From an uncultured Granulosicoccaceae bacterium (GTDB taxonomy: Bacteria > Pseudomonadota > Gammaproteobacteria > Granulosicoccales > Granulosicoccaceae), in assembly GCA_938038175.1 (NCBI GenBank), contig CALHRQ010000107.1, positions 1-55,016 on the forward strand: 55,016 nt of DNA, written 5' to 3'. Of this stretch, positions 45,495-54,040 are shown piece after piece; within the stretch, counting starts at the first letter, position 1, and each line of letters opens with the position of its first letter. Under the pieces are notes generated by a model. The model searched no databases. It saw only the letters and a list, made by a program, of their open reading frames with translations, and had not been told where the DNA came from. The translations under genes were made by a program, and so were the position numbers.

Positions 45495-46430
45495 ATGTTT
45501 GAACAACCAAAAAATGTATGTGTTAAAAATGGGTTCCTCAGCTGGACTCCAGTACCGTGTGCTGACGGATACAACTTGCACAAAGAAGGACAGCACTTCG
45601 GCACAGTCTTTGACGGTACGCAATACCCGGTTGAACCTGGCGAATGGTCAGTCAGCGCTTTCTTTTTTGATCCAGAAGGCAATCGTGAGCCTTTTCATAC
45701 TCCTCGTACAACAGCTATTGATAAAGCGTATCAGCCGAGTGGATTTTTGCTTTGGTCAGAAGACTTCAAAACCCTAGAGAAATCGTATTGGTCCAGTGAA
45801 TTTGACTGGGGTAGAACGCTGATCATTAACAATGAAGATCAGTATTACGTGGCCCAGCTTGAAGGACAGATGATTGGGTTTAATCCGTTATCGTATTCCG
45901 AAGAAGAACAAGCGTTAAATATAAAAGCAGTCAGACAGCCTTATGATGGCCAGTCTTGGTTGTCTGGAAAGATATGCACTACAGACTCAAGACAATTAGA
46001 AGGACAATTCTACGTTGGGGTGGTTGCACGTTGTGATTTCTCCAAAGGCATCTGGCCAGCAATCTGGTTATACACTGCATTATATGGCGCTGAACAATCT
46101 GAAATCGATATCATGGAACAACCTGGCATTGATCGATTCACCGCTTATCATAACTATCACTATGTTAGTCAGTCTGGTCGAACCAGTGATCCACAAACAT
46201 CCTCGATCGATACTACTCAATACCATGAATACGGATGCTTAAGAGAAGATGGAAAGATAACCATCATGATTGATCGCATGCCAGTTCACACGATTACAAG
46301 AAACGTGATTCTTGAACCGGTCAACCTGATCGCTAATCTCGCAATGGGCGGTGATTTCGCAGGTGATATACCAGAGGATTTAGTTGAGGCAAATTTCTAT
46401 GTCAAATCCATAGAGGTCTACAGCGTTTGA
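45495..46430 (+). CDS. GH16 glycoside hydrolase (laminarinase-like)
   Basis: WSEDF, WPAIWL, EIDIME catalytic motif, YHEYG, NLAMGG. Confidence 0.92.
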   Translation: MFEQPKNVCVKNGFLSWTPVPCADGYNLHKEGQHFGTVFDGTQYPVEPGEWSVSAFFFDPEGNREPFHTPRTTAIDKAYQPSGFLLWSEDFKTLEKSYWSSEFDWGRTLIINNEDQYYVAQLEGQMIGFNPLSYSEEEQALNIKAVRQPYDGQSWLSGKICTTDSRQLEGQFYVGVVARCDFSKGIWPAIWLYTALYGAEQSEIDIMEQPGIDRFTAYHNYHYVSQSGRTSDPQTSSIDTTQYHEYGCLREDGKITIMIDRMPVHTITRNVILEPVNLIANLAMGGDFAGDIPEDLVEANFYVKSIEVYSV

Positions 46431-46681
46431 GTCATGTCTACCATTGGTAGATGTTCTTTCCAAGCGCATTTACCATTTGTTGAATAATCAAACTCATAAA
46501 CAGAACCATCCGAGAAAATCCAAGTCTGCTCCACTGTCCCATCTCTATTACTGATCGTTTCATACCGATCGGGCCTGTCTTTTCGAGCAATTAAATCATC
46601 CTTAATTTGACTGCAATTTATGCCACTTCCGCCTGCCGAACATCCAGCAAGAAATAAAACCAGTAATGAAATATTTCTCAT
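46418..46681 (-). CDS. small lipoprotein
   Basis: MRNISLLVLFLAGC lipobox; GGAG RBS on minus strand. Confidence 0.75.
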   Translation of the reverse strand: MRNISLLVLFLAGCSAGGSGINCSQIKDDLIARKDRPDRYETISNRDGTVEQTWIFSDGSVYEFDYSTNGKCAWKEHLPMVDMTQTL

Positions 46682-46757
46682 TTTATCAGTCTCCGTGAGA
46701 TTGCCTTTATTTGGCCTGTTTACCTTATCATCAAAAACGACTTGCAAATTGGCTACC

Positions 46758-46985
46758 CTACTCCCCAGGATTGCGTATAAACATTGTGCACTCATAGTCT
46801 ACTCGAGTGATCCTCCGCACACTAAAAAATCTAAAATCCCGACCATTGCTGGCCACGACATTACAAGTTTTCTCAGGTTGGAAATCGGTAGCCCAACATT
46901 CAACAGCCGCGCTGTAAGTTTTCGCTGCAAATTCCTTCGCATCCAAACCATTGATCCTTGAAACTGTGATGCTACTCGCACTCAT
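46758..46985 (-). CDS. hypothetical protein
   Basis: ATG 46985 overlaps end of LexA-like gene. Confidence 0.55.
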   Translation of the reverse strand: MSASSITVSRINGLDAKEFAAKTYSAAVECWATDFQPEKTCNVVASNGRDFRFFSVRRITRVDYECTMFIRNPGE

Positions 46986-47193
46986 AGATAATCCTAATTC
47001 CCCTGGACAACCTCGGCACAATTTCTATAAAACCCTTTTTTTGTAAAGCGTAAAGATGATCCTGCACCCCGGTTGGCGATGAAAATCCAAAGTGATCTCC
47101 AATCTCAGTCCGCGTCGGCGGATATCCATTTTCTCCGATGAAATCAACAATCATTCTCAGAATTTCATTTTGTCTACTGGTTAGCCCTGACAC
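46972..47193 (-). CDS. stand-alone LexA DNA-binding domain protein
   Basis: LTSRQNEIL...GYPPTRTEIGDHFGFSSP...HLYALQKKGFIE...SRGIRII; stops before any peptidase domain; start placed at GTG 47193. Confidence 0.9.
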   Translation of the reverse strand: MSGLTSRQNEILRMIVDFIGENGYPPTRTEIGDHFGFSSPTGVQDHLYALQKKGFIEIVPRLSRGIRIIYECE

Positions 47194-47223
47194 GTTAATC
47201 CCATAAACCGTGAAACGTGTCAC

Positions 47224-47256
47224 CCATTATACATACAGTGCTGTAAATATCAACAC
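47224..47256 (-). promoter_or_regulatory. promoter with overlapping SOS-box-like operator
   Basis: Minus strand TTGATA-N16-TATAAT overlapping GTGT-N8-ACAG and a CTGTATGT half site. Confidence 0.65.
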
Positions 47257-47375
47257 CTCAATTAAACCTATCCTTTTGATAAGTCAAGAGATATTTGGGA
47301 TGTTTTAGTTTTTTCATTATTCGGCCGTTAAGAGCGGGGTAGGGCATAAGCCTTGCAAAAACAACTATCCGAATA

Positions 47376-48212
47376 ATGGAGAACGAAAATATGAACAAAA
47401 TGAATGCAGTACTTTCCAGGCTTTATACGGGGGTAGCAGGGGGCTGTCTCCTGGTATCGCTATTCCAAGCTTCCGGGCAGGCAATTGATAACGTTGAGAG
47501 CGTACCACTAAAGATCTCAATCGTTGTCGGTATAGCGTGTGCGTTATTAACTTCACAATTACTTGTGCGATCAATAGGGTCACTTGCAAGAGCACCGAGA
47601 GGGTTTTGGTGGCTGGTGGGTTTTATTGTGATCTTTAGCGTCTCATTTGTAATTGAGGCATTTAGCGTCTCAACATCAGCGACCAGCGTCGATGGTGGTT
47701 TTATGAAGGCACAGAGAAATGAGAATCTAAATTCCCCAGAATACTCTAGATATCAGAAAAAGCTCGATCGACTTGAAGCGAAACTTGCCTCTGATCAAGA
47801 GCAGAAAAAGGCGCTTGAAAAAGAACGCAACGACATGCCTGAAGATTGGTTTAAAGGCAAAGCGAAAGTCGAAAAACGCATAGACAAACTATCTTGGTCT
47901 ATTAAAGCAGATGAGAAAAAGATCGATCAACTTACTGCAGCTATGGGTAAAGTCGATGTATCTATATCAAAAAAATCGTTTGAAAATTTTGAACAGATGA
48001 CTGGCATATCGCAGACTAAGAGCTTTATTTTATTTGGGCTACTCATGAGCATATGTCCAATATCCCTTGCATTTGTTCGTGGGATTATAGAATCACCGTT
48101 TTCTCAAGACACAGTTGTAAAGCCTAAGAGACCAATAGAAATAGATGCTGATAAGGAGGCGTATGAAACCGGAAAAAAGTCTCGAGCCACAACAAAACTA
48201 AAACTAGCATAG
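47376..48212 (+). CDS. membrane protein with coiled-coil domain
   Basis: Three N-terminal hydrophobic segments, Lys/Glu coiled coil, one C-terminal hydrophobic segment. Confidence 0.8.
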   Translation: MENENMNKMNAVLSRLYTGVAGGCLLVSLFQASGQAIDNVESVPLKISIVVGIACALLTSQLLVRSIGSLARAPRGFWWLVGFIVIFSVSFVIEAFSVSTSATSVDGGFMKAQRNENLNSPEYSRYQKKLDRLEAKLASDQEQKKALEKERNDMPEDWFKGKAKVEKRIDKLSWSIKADEKKIDQLTAAMGKVDVSISKKSFENFEQMTGISQTKSFILFGLLMSICPISLAFVRGIIESPFSQDTVVKPKRPIEIDADKEAYETGKKSRATTKLKLA

Positions 48213-48225
48213 GAAAACAAGACAC

Positions 48226-48459
48226 ATGCATATTAAAAGACACAACTTACAGAGATTCAATCATAGCGCGCCTGCGACAAGACATCGAAGATGGAAAGCT
48301 GGACAGGCTAACTTACGCGATTGGCAAGAGCGAGCCTTACAGATTGACGAGCGAGTTAGACATTCGCTTCGCAATGCGCCAGCTGCAAATGACTGGACAT
48401 TTGATTCAGAAAGGCAACAGGTTCGTGGTGCCGAACAAGGCGGTAGCATAGATGAATAA
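48226..48459 (+). CDS. hypothetical protein
   Basis: AGGA RBS. Confidence 0.6.
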   Translation: MHIKRHNLQRFNHSAPATRHRRWKAGQANLRDWQERALQIDERVRHSLRNAPAANDWTFDSERQQVRGAEQGGSIDE

Positions 48460-48628
48460 AATCTTTCTAATAATAGTAATTACAATGTGTGCCTTAGCTT
48501 ATGTGGGGTACAACAATATAAATGTAGAATACAGTCGATGCGGTAAATGGGTGACCCCAGATCGTGAAATATTTTGCGCTGATCGCATACAGCTAATAAA
48601 TATTGCAGGCATTAGACTAGCTATCTAA
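48452..48628 (+). CDS. small secreted/membrane protein (not in ORF track)
   Basis: MNKIFLIIVITMCALAYVGY...; overlaps previous stop. Confidence 0.55.
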   Translation: MNKIFLIIVITMCALAYVGYNNINVEYSRCGKWVTPDREIFCADRIQLINIAGIRLAI

Positions 48629-48635
48629 ATGTGTA

Positions 48636-48665
48636 AGTGCGGCTCTCAAAAAAGAGGGCCGCACT
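48636..48665. terminator. hairpin between convergent genes
   Basis: AGTGCGGCTCTC-A6-GAGGGCCGCACT. Confidence 0.65.
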
Positions 48666-48915
48666 AGAAAATACCAAATTTAAAACGCTCCGAAATAGCT
48701 TGTCTTTTTACTTCTTCTAACACGTCTTTCAAAGCGACCCCATCTTTTCCGTAAAGTCCAAACTCATTAAGCAATTCAATCATTGGACGCTCATACTGAA
48801 TTTTAAACTCTAGCCTTTCATGTTGAGTTTTAAGTTCGTCGTATTGCTTTTGCAATCGTTCAATATCAGTCAAAGTTTTAGGCACTTGCTGTTTTTCCGA
48901 GAGATCTTCTGGCAT
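48664..48915 (-). CDS. coiled-coil hypothetical protein
   Basis: 83-aa ORF. Confidence 0.65.
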   Translation of the reverse strand: MPEDLSEKQQVPKTLTDIERLQKQYDELKTQHERLEFKIQYERPMIELLNEFGLYGKDGVALKDVLEEVKRQAISERFKFGIF

Positions 48916-49156
48916 TTCGGTTTATTTTATTGATGCAGTTATTGTGACCACGCTGCACGCTATCAATTGATGATTTAGGCACATCAAACTTCTGAGCTAG
49001 TGAAGTATTGCCAAGTTGAATATACTGAGTCGTTAAACGATTGACTTCAGCTCTCAATCTGGCACGTTTTTCATAAATCTCTTGACGTTCAGATATTGCT
49101 TGTTCGATTAAGGATACATCATCTGCTGTTAGTATATTTCTTTCATGTAGACACAT
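48878..49156 (-). CDS. hypothetical protein with C-terminal HTH
   Basis: TSLAQKFDVPKSSIDSV. Confidence 0.6.
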   Translation of the reverse strand: MCLHERNILTADDVSLIEQAISERQEIYEKRARLRAEVNRLTTQYIQLGNTSLAQKFDVPKSSIDSVQRGHNNCINKINRNARRSLGKTASA

Positions 49157-49186
49157 AATAATCTCTAATTGTTTGCTAGCTTGATT

Positions 49187-49220
49187 TTGTATATACGTTG
49201 TTGCTACAATGTATTTACAA
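49187..49220. promoter_or_regulatory. inverted-repeat operator in divergent promoter region
   Basis: TTGTATATAC-N14-GTATTTACAA. Confidence 0.5.
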
Positions 49221-49241
49221 TCTACACCAAAAGAGAATGTA

Positions 49242-49424
49242 ATGCAATCTAAAACCACAACTGTCGTGGCTAGAGTTTCTCCAAAGTCGAAGAGAAGATA
49301 TATCAGTCTTGCAAAGAAATATGATATGTCTTTGGCAGACCTTATCCGTCGCCTTTTAGATCAAGAGTTAGAGCTAAGCTCCCCTGCTAAGCGAGCAACT
49401 AAAAAAGTCAGCATTTGTAAATGA
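49242..49424 (+). CDS. ribbon-helix-helix (CopG-like) regulator
   Basis: TVVARVS...LAKKYDMSLADLIRRLLDQEL. Confidence 0.8.
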   Translation: MQSKTTTVVARVSPKSKRRYISLAKKYDMSLADLIRRLLDQELELSSPAKRATKKVSICK

Positions 49425-49651
49425 CTTATAAAAATGCGAACAAATTGTCTAAGGCAGTTTTTCAGAATCCGGAAGAATGCCCATTTTGTAAAGAGAAAAA
49501 TGTGGATTGGGATGAGCGACCAGAGATGCATTCAATTGGTATTGCTTGGATGTCAGTTAAGTGCTTCAGTTGCCAATCTACTTGGCATAATGAATACCAC
49601 ATTAGTGGTGCTACACAATTTGAAGATAACAGGAGTAAGGAAGATGAATAG
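49421..49651 (+). CDS. zinc-ribbon protein
   Basis: CPFC...CFSC. Confidence 0.7.
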   Translation: MTYKNANKLSKAVFQNPEECPFCKEKNVDWDERPEMHSIGIAWMSVKCFSCQSTWHNEYHISGATQFEDNRSKEDE

Positions 49652-50147
49652 CTTAAAATTATTTTTTTGCGCTTTAGGATTATTTTTATCGGCAAACGTT
49701 GCAAATGCTATTACTTACAGTTTTGTAGGACCAAGCTGGAAGCAGCTGCAGGATCCGATAACATTTCAAACTCTGTGTGAGACTGGCCTACCTTGTGATG
49801 TCCCAGCAGGTACCTATAACTTGGTTGATTTTGGCACTTCGCCTGCTACGGTGACCAGCGTCACGGTTGGCGCGCAGTCTCCAGGTACTCAACAATCAGG
49901 TGTACTTACCGTCATAACTGAGAACTGCAATTATCAGCCAGCCGGGATTGGTTACAGACACTCTTGTTTGGCTCGATGCCCAGCGGGCATGAAAGTCATA
50001 TCAGCACTCTCATGTAGTGTACGTAAAGATGTAGCCGATTCAGGTCAATTACCTTCTGGCTTTGTATCCAGGGGAGACTGGGCTAAGTGTGAGAGCAACG
50101 GGGGTAATTACACGGCATCTATCGAAATATCGATTGTGTGCCAGTAG
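49644..50147 (+). CDS. secreted Cys-containing protein
   Basis: Sec signal MNSLKLFFCALGLFLSANVANA; AAGGA RBS. Confidence 0.75.
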   Translation: MNSLKLFFCALGLFLSANVANAITYSFVGPSWKQLQDPITFQTLCETGLPCDVPAGTYNLVDFGTSPATVTSVTVGAQSPGTQQSGVLTVITENCNYQPAGIGYRHSCLARCPAGMKVISALSCSVRKDVADSGQLPSGFVSRGDWAKCESNGGNYTASIEISIVCQ

Positions 50148-50164
50148 CTTGAGATTCGGTGTAT

Positions 50165-50350
50165 TAGGCTCTGTCGTTCTCTATGAACTGCCACAAGTCA
50201 TTTGGATTCCGCTGCCGATACAGGCATCCATCGGCAAAGCGTTTGCCTGTCGTGGGTATTGCACGACGTTTTTACTACCAGCGCGGCAGCTAACGCGTTG
50301 GTTGTGGCCAATAATTAGAGCGAGTCCACGGTTTTCTGGATGCCAAATAA
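50165..50350 (+). ncRNA. candidate structured ncRNA
   Basis: Nested stems, three inner hairpins and loop-to-distal pairings (see findings); followed by terminator. Confidence 0.45.
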
Positions 50351-50355
50351 ATGAG

Positions 50356-50388
50356 GCCGACCCTATTCATCAGGTAGGGTCGGCTTTT
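50356..50388 (+). terminator. intrinsic terminator (possibly bidirectional)
   Basis: GCCGACCCTA-N9-TAGGGTCGGC-TTTT. Confidence 0.8.
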
Positions 50389-50399
50389 GATTGATTGTT

Positions 50400-50588
50400 C
50401 TATTCCTGATCGCTTTCAAATTCTTTCTGATAAAGCCAATCAGCTATTGTCAACGTAACTCTGTCCCCCACCACTTCCATTCGCTCTATCTGATTTCTCG
50501 GTAGAAATGCTGTCTTTCCGTTGTGTTCTATGTGAACTGATTTTTTCCTGGTCTCCAGGTGCTTTGCTGTGAAGGTCTGCGTCATCAT
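50400..50588 (-). CDS. hypothetical phage protein
   Basis: ETRKKSVHI...FLPRNQI...IADWLYQKE. Confidence 0.7.
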   Translation of the reverse strand: MMTQTFTAKHLETRKKSVHIEHNGKTAFLPRNQIERMEVVGDRVTLTIADWLYQKEFESDQE

Positions 50589-50751
50589 GATCAATAATTC
50601 CCAATAGTAGATTTTCAAAAATCGTTAAATGATTGTTCATAAATTTTCCTTTCAATAGCCATAACACGGTTTGTGCATGAATAAAGGTAGGACAGAGATT
50701 AGCAGTGGTCAACCTTGATATGTTGATTAAAAGTGTACTATCCTATTGAGG

Positions 50752-50979
50752 ATGCAAGCGCAAATAGACTATGACATAACTTTACGGGACCAGGTCGAGG
50801 CTGTGGGTGCCGTGAATGTAGCTGAACAGCTTGGTCTTACTCGGTCCGGCATTTTCAGAATGTTAAAAAATAATCGCCGGATTTACTTGAAACAATTTCC
50901 CGATGGCTGGAAGTACTGTGAAGTGAAAAACTACAAACGATGCGAAAAAAAATCAGAACCGTCAGAAGACTCTTTATGA
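50752..50979 (+). CDS. Cro-like HTH protein
   Basis: VGAVNVAEQLGLTRSGIFRML; first gene of rightward unit. Confidence 0.75.
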   Translation: MQAQIDYDITLRDQVEAVGAVNVAEQLGLTRSGIFRMLKNNRRIYLKQFPDGWKYCEVKNYKRCEKKSEPSEDSL

Positions 50980-51215
50980 CAACCAGAGCCACTACAAAGT
51001 TTGTTTTTAGCAGACGATTGGAAGCAGCTCGATCACGCGATGGCTATGGGTTGACACAAAAACAGCTATCCGAAAAAAGCTTGGTGCCGCTGGCATCGAT
51101 CAGTAAGTATGAAAACGAAGGGAGGCTTCCGGATTGCATCACACTGGTTAAACTTGCACTGGCACTCGACGTTTCGGTTGATTACTTATTGGGACTGGAT
51201 AATGTCGAAGCCTAA
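50976..51215 (+). CDS. XRE-family HTH regulator
   Basis: LTQKQLSE...ISKYENEGRLP...LALALDVSVDYLLG. Confidence 0.92.
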   Translation: MTTRATTKFVFSRRLEAARSRDGYGLTQKQLSEKSLVPLASISKYENEGRLPDCITLVKLALALDVSVDYLLGLDNVEA

Positions 51216-51621
51216 ACACACATCGCGGGCCATAAGAAACGCACTTAAAAGCGAATCGCTAAAGAAAATCCAAAAGAAAGAATGGCCAAGCACAAGTAAC
51301 ATGAACTCTACACCCTTAAGCGTTTGGGCGTCGCGCCATTTCTTAGTTCAAGTTTATACAGAAGCAAATGATTGTTTCAGGATAACCGTTAACTCCGTTA
51401 TAAAAGATGGAAACCAAAACTGGTCTGATCATATTCCATGGGACGATCTACAAAACATTAAACGGGCCGTTGGATACGGCGATAACTATGCAGTGGAAAT
51501 ATATCCACGTGATCTTGATACCGTTAATGTTGCCAATATGCGGCACCTGTCGGTGCTACCACAGCCACTTGGTATTGGATGGTTTAGTGGCAAATATGAG
51601 GATGATTCAGAAAATGAATAA
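51202..51621 (+). CDS. hypothetical phage protein
   Basis: WDDLQNIK...AVEIYP...VNVANMRHL motif. Confidence 0.75.
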   Translation: MSKPKHTSRAIRNALKSESLKKIQKKEWPSTSNMNSTPLSVWASRHFLVQVYTEANDCFRITVNSVIKDGNQNWSDHIPWDDLQNIKRAVGYGDNYAVEIYPRDLDTVNVANMRHLSVLPQPLGIGWFSGKYEDDSENE

Positions 51622-51964
51622 AGAGCAGATGCAATCTATCATTAGTGATATTACACTCCCGGATAAAATGCGAGTGAGGTTAATAGACTCGAATACCGGT
51701 CCTATACATGTACAAGTTGGGATGGAACGTCCGGATACTTATACAGGCAACATTGAAATGGGCTGGGGAGGTAAAGCTTTCGTCTCAGCATTTTGTACAG
51801 ATGATGAACTGGTCAAGAAAGTATTCGGTCTCGCTCTGGCATATAGCGAGCATGAGCTTCGCGAGTCTTTCAAGTACAGAGGCAAGCGCGTGTTTGGCCC
51901 TCACATCTCCTTGGCGGCACTTATGGAGGCAGCCGACCACACAACCTACCGTGACCTATCGTGA
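51614..51964 (+). CDS. hypothetical phage protein
   Basis: EHELRESFKYRGKRVFGPH. Confidence 0.7.
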   Translation: MNKEQMQSIISDITLPDKMRVRLIDSNTGPIHVQVGMERPDTYTGNIEMGWGGKAFVSAFCTDDELVKKVFGLALAYSEHELRESFKYRGKRVFGPHISLAALMEAADHTTYRDLS

Positions 51965-52785
51965 GTACTACAGCGACGGTGTGGGCCTGGAAGCAGCAGG
52001 TGGGCAACCCGGTCAGAAAATTGGTCCTGATGCATCTGGCAGATTCAGCAAGCGTAGAAAATGATTGGCAGAGCTGGTACTCACTGAGCCGGATAGCAGA
52101 GCGTTGTGATTGCTCTCGAGGAGCTGTCAGAAATCAATTAAAAGCCCTTGTCGATTTAGGTTATATCACCCTTGTTGAGGCCTCCACTCGCCAAGGTAAA
52201 AGTGCAAGATATCGCCTGAATGTTGGCACTGTTGAAATACATCTCCTCCATCCAGGTGGTGCACCAGATACACAGGGTGGTCCATCAGGTATACAGGGTG
52301 GTACACCAGATGCACAGGTAGGTGGTACACGAGATAAACAACCTGGTACATCTCGTGAACAAGGTGGTACACGAGATGTACCCAAAACCAAAGGAACGTC
52401 AAATGAAACAAAAAACGGTCGTTTTTCAATTGTAAAAGAACTCGAAGAGCGGTATGGTTATTCCCCAGCCCAATTCAGCGAGCCAGAAAATGCGATTATC
52501 AACCGATGGGAATTTGAACAGGTAACTCAAGCAGAGCTCGAATACGCTCACGAAATCGGATTCAACAAAAAAGGAAACAAACCACCCCTTGGTTACCTGA
52601 AAGGCATAATCACGAACTGGCGAAATCAATCCCAAGAAAAACCCAAAGCCGCCAATCGAAATCAACAGATTGAAAGCACCGATGTTCTCGGAGCAAATAC
52701 ACAAGCCTACGAAGATCAGCATTTGCAAAAAATGCAGAAAATGATTGAAGATCAAAAGCGACAGCTTGAAGGCGCATCCAATTGA
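51961..52785 (+). CDS. replication initiator (N-terminal HTH, lambda O-like layout)
   Basis: KLVLMHLAD...SLSRIAERCDCSRGAVRNQLKALVDLGYI; internal iterons; PLGYLKGIITNW DnaD-like motif. Confidence 0.85.
   Translation: MSTTATVWAWKQQVGNPVRKLVLMHLADSASVENDWQSWYSLSRIAERCDCSRGAVRNQLKALVDLGYITLVEASTRQGKSARYRLNVGTVEIHLLHPGGAPDTQGGPSGIQGGTPDAQVGGTRDKQPGTSREQGGTRDVPKTKGTSNETKNGRFSIVKELEERYGYSPAQFSEPENAIINRWEFEQVTQAELEYAHEIGFNKKGNKPPLGYLKGIITNWRNQSQEKPKAANRNQQIESTDVLGANTQAYEDQHLQKMQKMIEDQKRQLEGASN
52255..52383 (+). repeat. 21-bp iterons, putative replication origin
   Basis: Six copies of GGTGGTACAC(C/G)AGATnnACA(G/A)-like units followed by an A-rich tract. Confidence 0.8.
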
Positions 52786-53198
52786 AAAAAAGAACCAGTC
52801 GATCAAAAATCATTAGGCGTAAAACCATGCCTGATCTGATTGTGCCTACAGAAGAACAGGAACAGGCGTGGGTGATTCAATGGTCTAAGATCAGCTTAGC
52901 CAGGTATCCCCAGCTTAAGATGTTGTACGCAGTACCCAACGGAGCGCGTGTCGCGCGCAGTCAGGCCAACAAACTAAAACGTGAGGGCATGAACCCTGGG
53001 GTACCTGACTTGGTGCTTCCTGTGGCTCGTGGTGGCTTTCACGGGTTTTATCTTGAGATGAAACGAATCCAGGGTTCTAGCGTTTCAAAGGTCCAAAAAG
53101 ACTGGCATGAGTGGCTTCAGGAAGAAGATTATCAGGTAAAAGTGTGTAAAGGGCACGATGAAGCAATCAAAAATATAGTCGAGTATTTGCAAAGTTGA
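52782..53198 (+). CDS. VRR-NUC domain nuclease
   Basis: YAVPNG...GVPDL...YLEMKR...QKDW. Confidence 0.9.
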   Translation: MKKRTSRSKIIRRKTMPDLIVPTEEQEQAWVIQWSKISLARYPQLKMLYAVPNGARVARSQANKLKREGMNPGVPDLVLPVARGGFHGFYLEMKRIQGSSVSKVQKDWHEWLQEEDYQVKVCKGHDEAIKNIVEYLQS

Positions 53199-53296
53199 AA
53201 GACTTGCCTATCCTTGTTTTGATGCCTCTAATACCAATAGCGATTTATTCTTTACCGGTGGGTGTCGGGCTATTCATACTGCATGTGTTCAAGCAG

Positions 53297-53542
53297 TTAG
53301 TTATTTCGCTTATGCCATTGTTCAGCTAATTTTCTGCATTGCGATTCACTGCGTGTTCTAACTTCAGAATAGCCCATATGCTTACCGTCTCTGATCACAT
53401 CCACATAGTGATATTTCAAGCACAACGATAGCTGCACTCTTTCACCGTTATTGCGGTGAAAGAATGGCTTGCATCCGTGTTCGTTATAGTTCAGGTTGAG
53501 CATAGCGGGGTTTGTGTTATACGGTATCAGCTTGCTTAGCAA
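53297..53542 (-). CDS. hypothetical protein
   Basis: Second gene of leftward pair. Confidence 0.55.
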   Translation of the reverse strand: MLSKLIPYNTNPAMLNLNYNEHGCKPFFHRNNGERVQLSLCLKYHYVDVIRDGKHMGYSEVRTRSESQCRKLAEQWHKRNN

Positions 53543-53744
53543 CTATCTTCCAAAATCCGCCAGTCGGCCCGCCCTTGCAAAATCTTAGTGTTACTTTGTC
53601 GCCTTTTGCTGGCTTGAAAGCATGGTAATCACCGACGAGAATATGCCCCTCGCCATGTTCATCTAAAACCGTGATTATATCTCGCCTCACGTTCATTACT
53701 TCGGCGTTCAGGCGCGAACCATATTCCCATGTGCGTTGTAGCAT
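53517..53744 (-). CDS. hypothetical protein
   Basis: AGGA RBS; KGGPTGGFWKI. Confidence 0.7.
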   Translation of the reverse strand: MLQRTWEYGSRLNAEVMNVRRDIITVLDEHGEGHILVGDYHAFKPAKGDKVTLRFCKGGPTGGFWKIVAKQADTV

Positions 53745-53959
53745 TCTGATTCCTAAGTGGGGTTCTCGTTAAATTCGTTAGTCTCTAGCATTGTCATCTG
53801 CTAGTTGGCCGCGCCCTTGGCTTTCGCCTGCCAGATGGGTGACTCGCTCCACCTTCGTTTTTATCGCGGTTTGCACAAGCGTGTGGCAGCGCCTCATGGG
53901 CCTTTTCCGCTCCCGCTGATGGTCATAAGTTGACGTTGCTGCACACTGACCATGAATCG

Positions 53960-53988
53960 AGCATACACAAGTCCTAGACAATCTGCAA
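53960..53988 (-). promoter_or_regulatory. leftward promoter
   Basis: Minus strand TTGCAG-N17-TATGCT. Confidence 0.5.
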
Positions 53989-54040
53989 ACTACTAACACC
54001 ACCTATGCTATACTTTCTCCAGATTAGTGATTTGCCGCCA

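Noticed and set aside
46972-47193. Host lexA gene marking a prophage boundary
   Set aside because: Lacks the peptidase domain and is flanked on both sides by phage-type genes.
50062-50394. 110-aa ORF over the candidate ncRNA
   Set aside because: Weak start inside the previous gene, runs through a terminator hairpin, no recognisable motif.
52255-52383. Mini CRISPR array
   Set aside because: Contiguous degenerate 21-bp units inside the initiator gene fit origin iterons.
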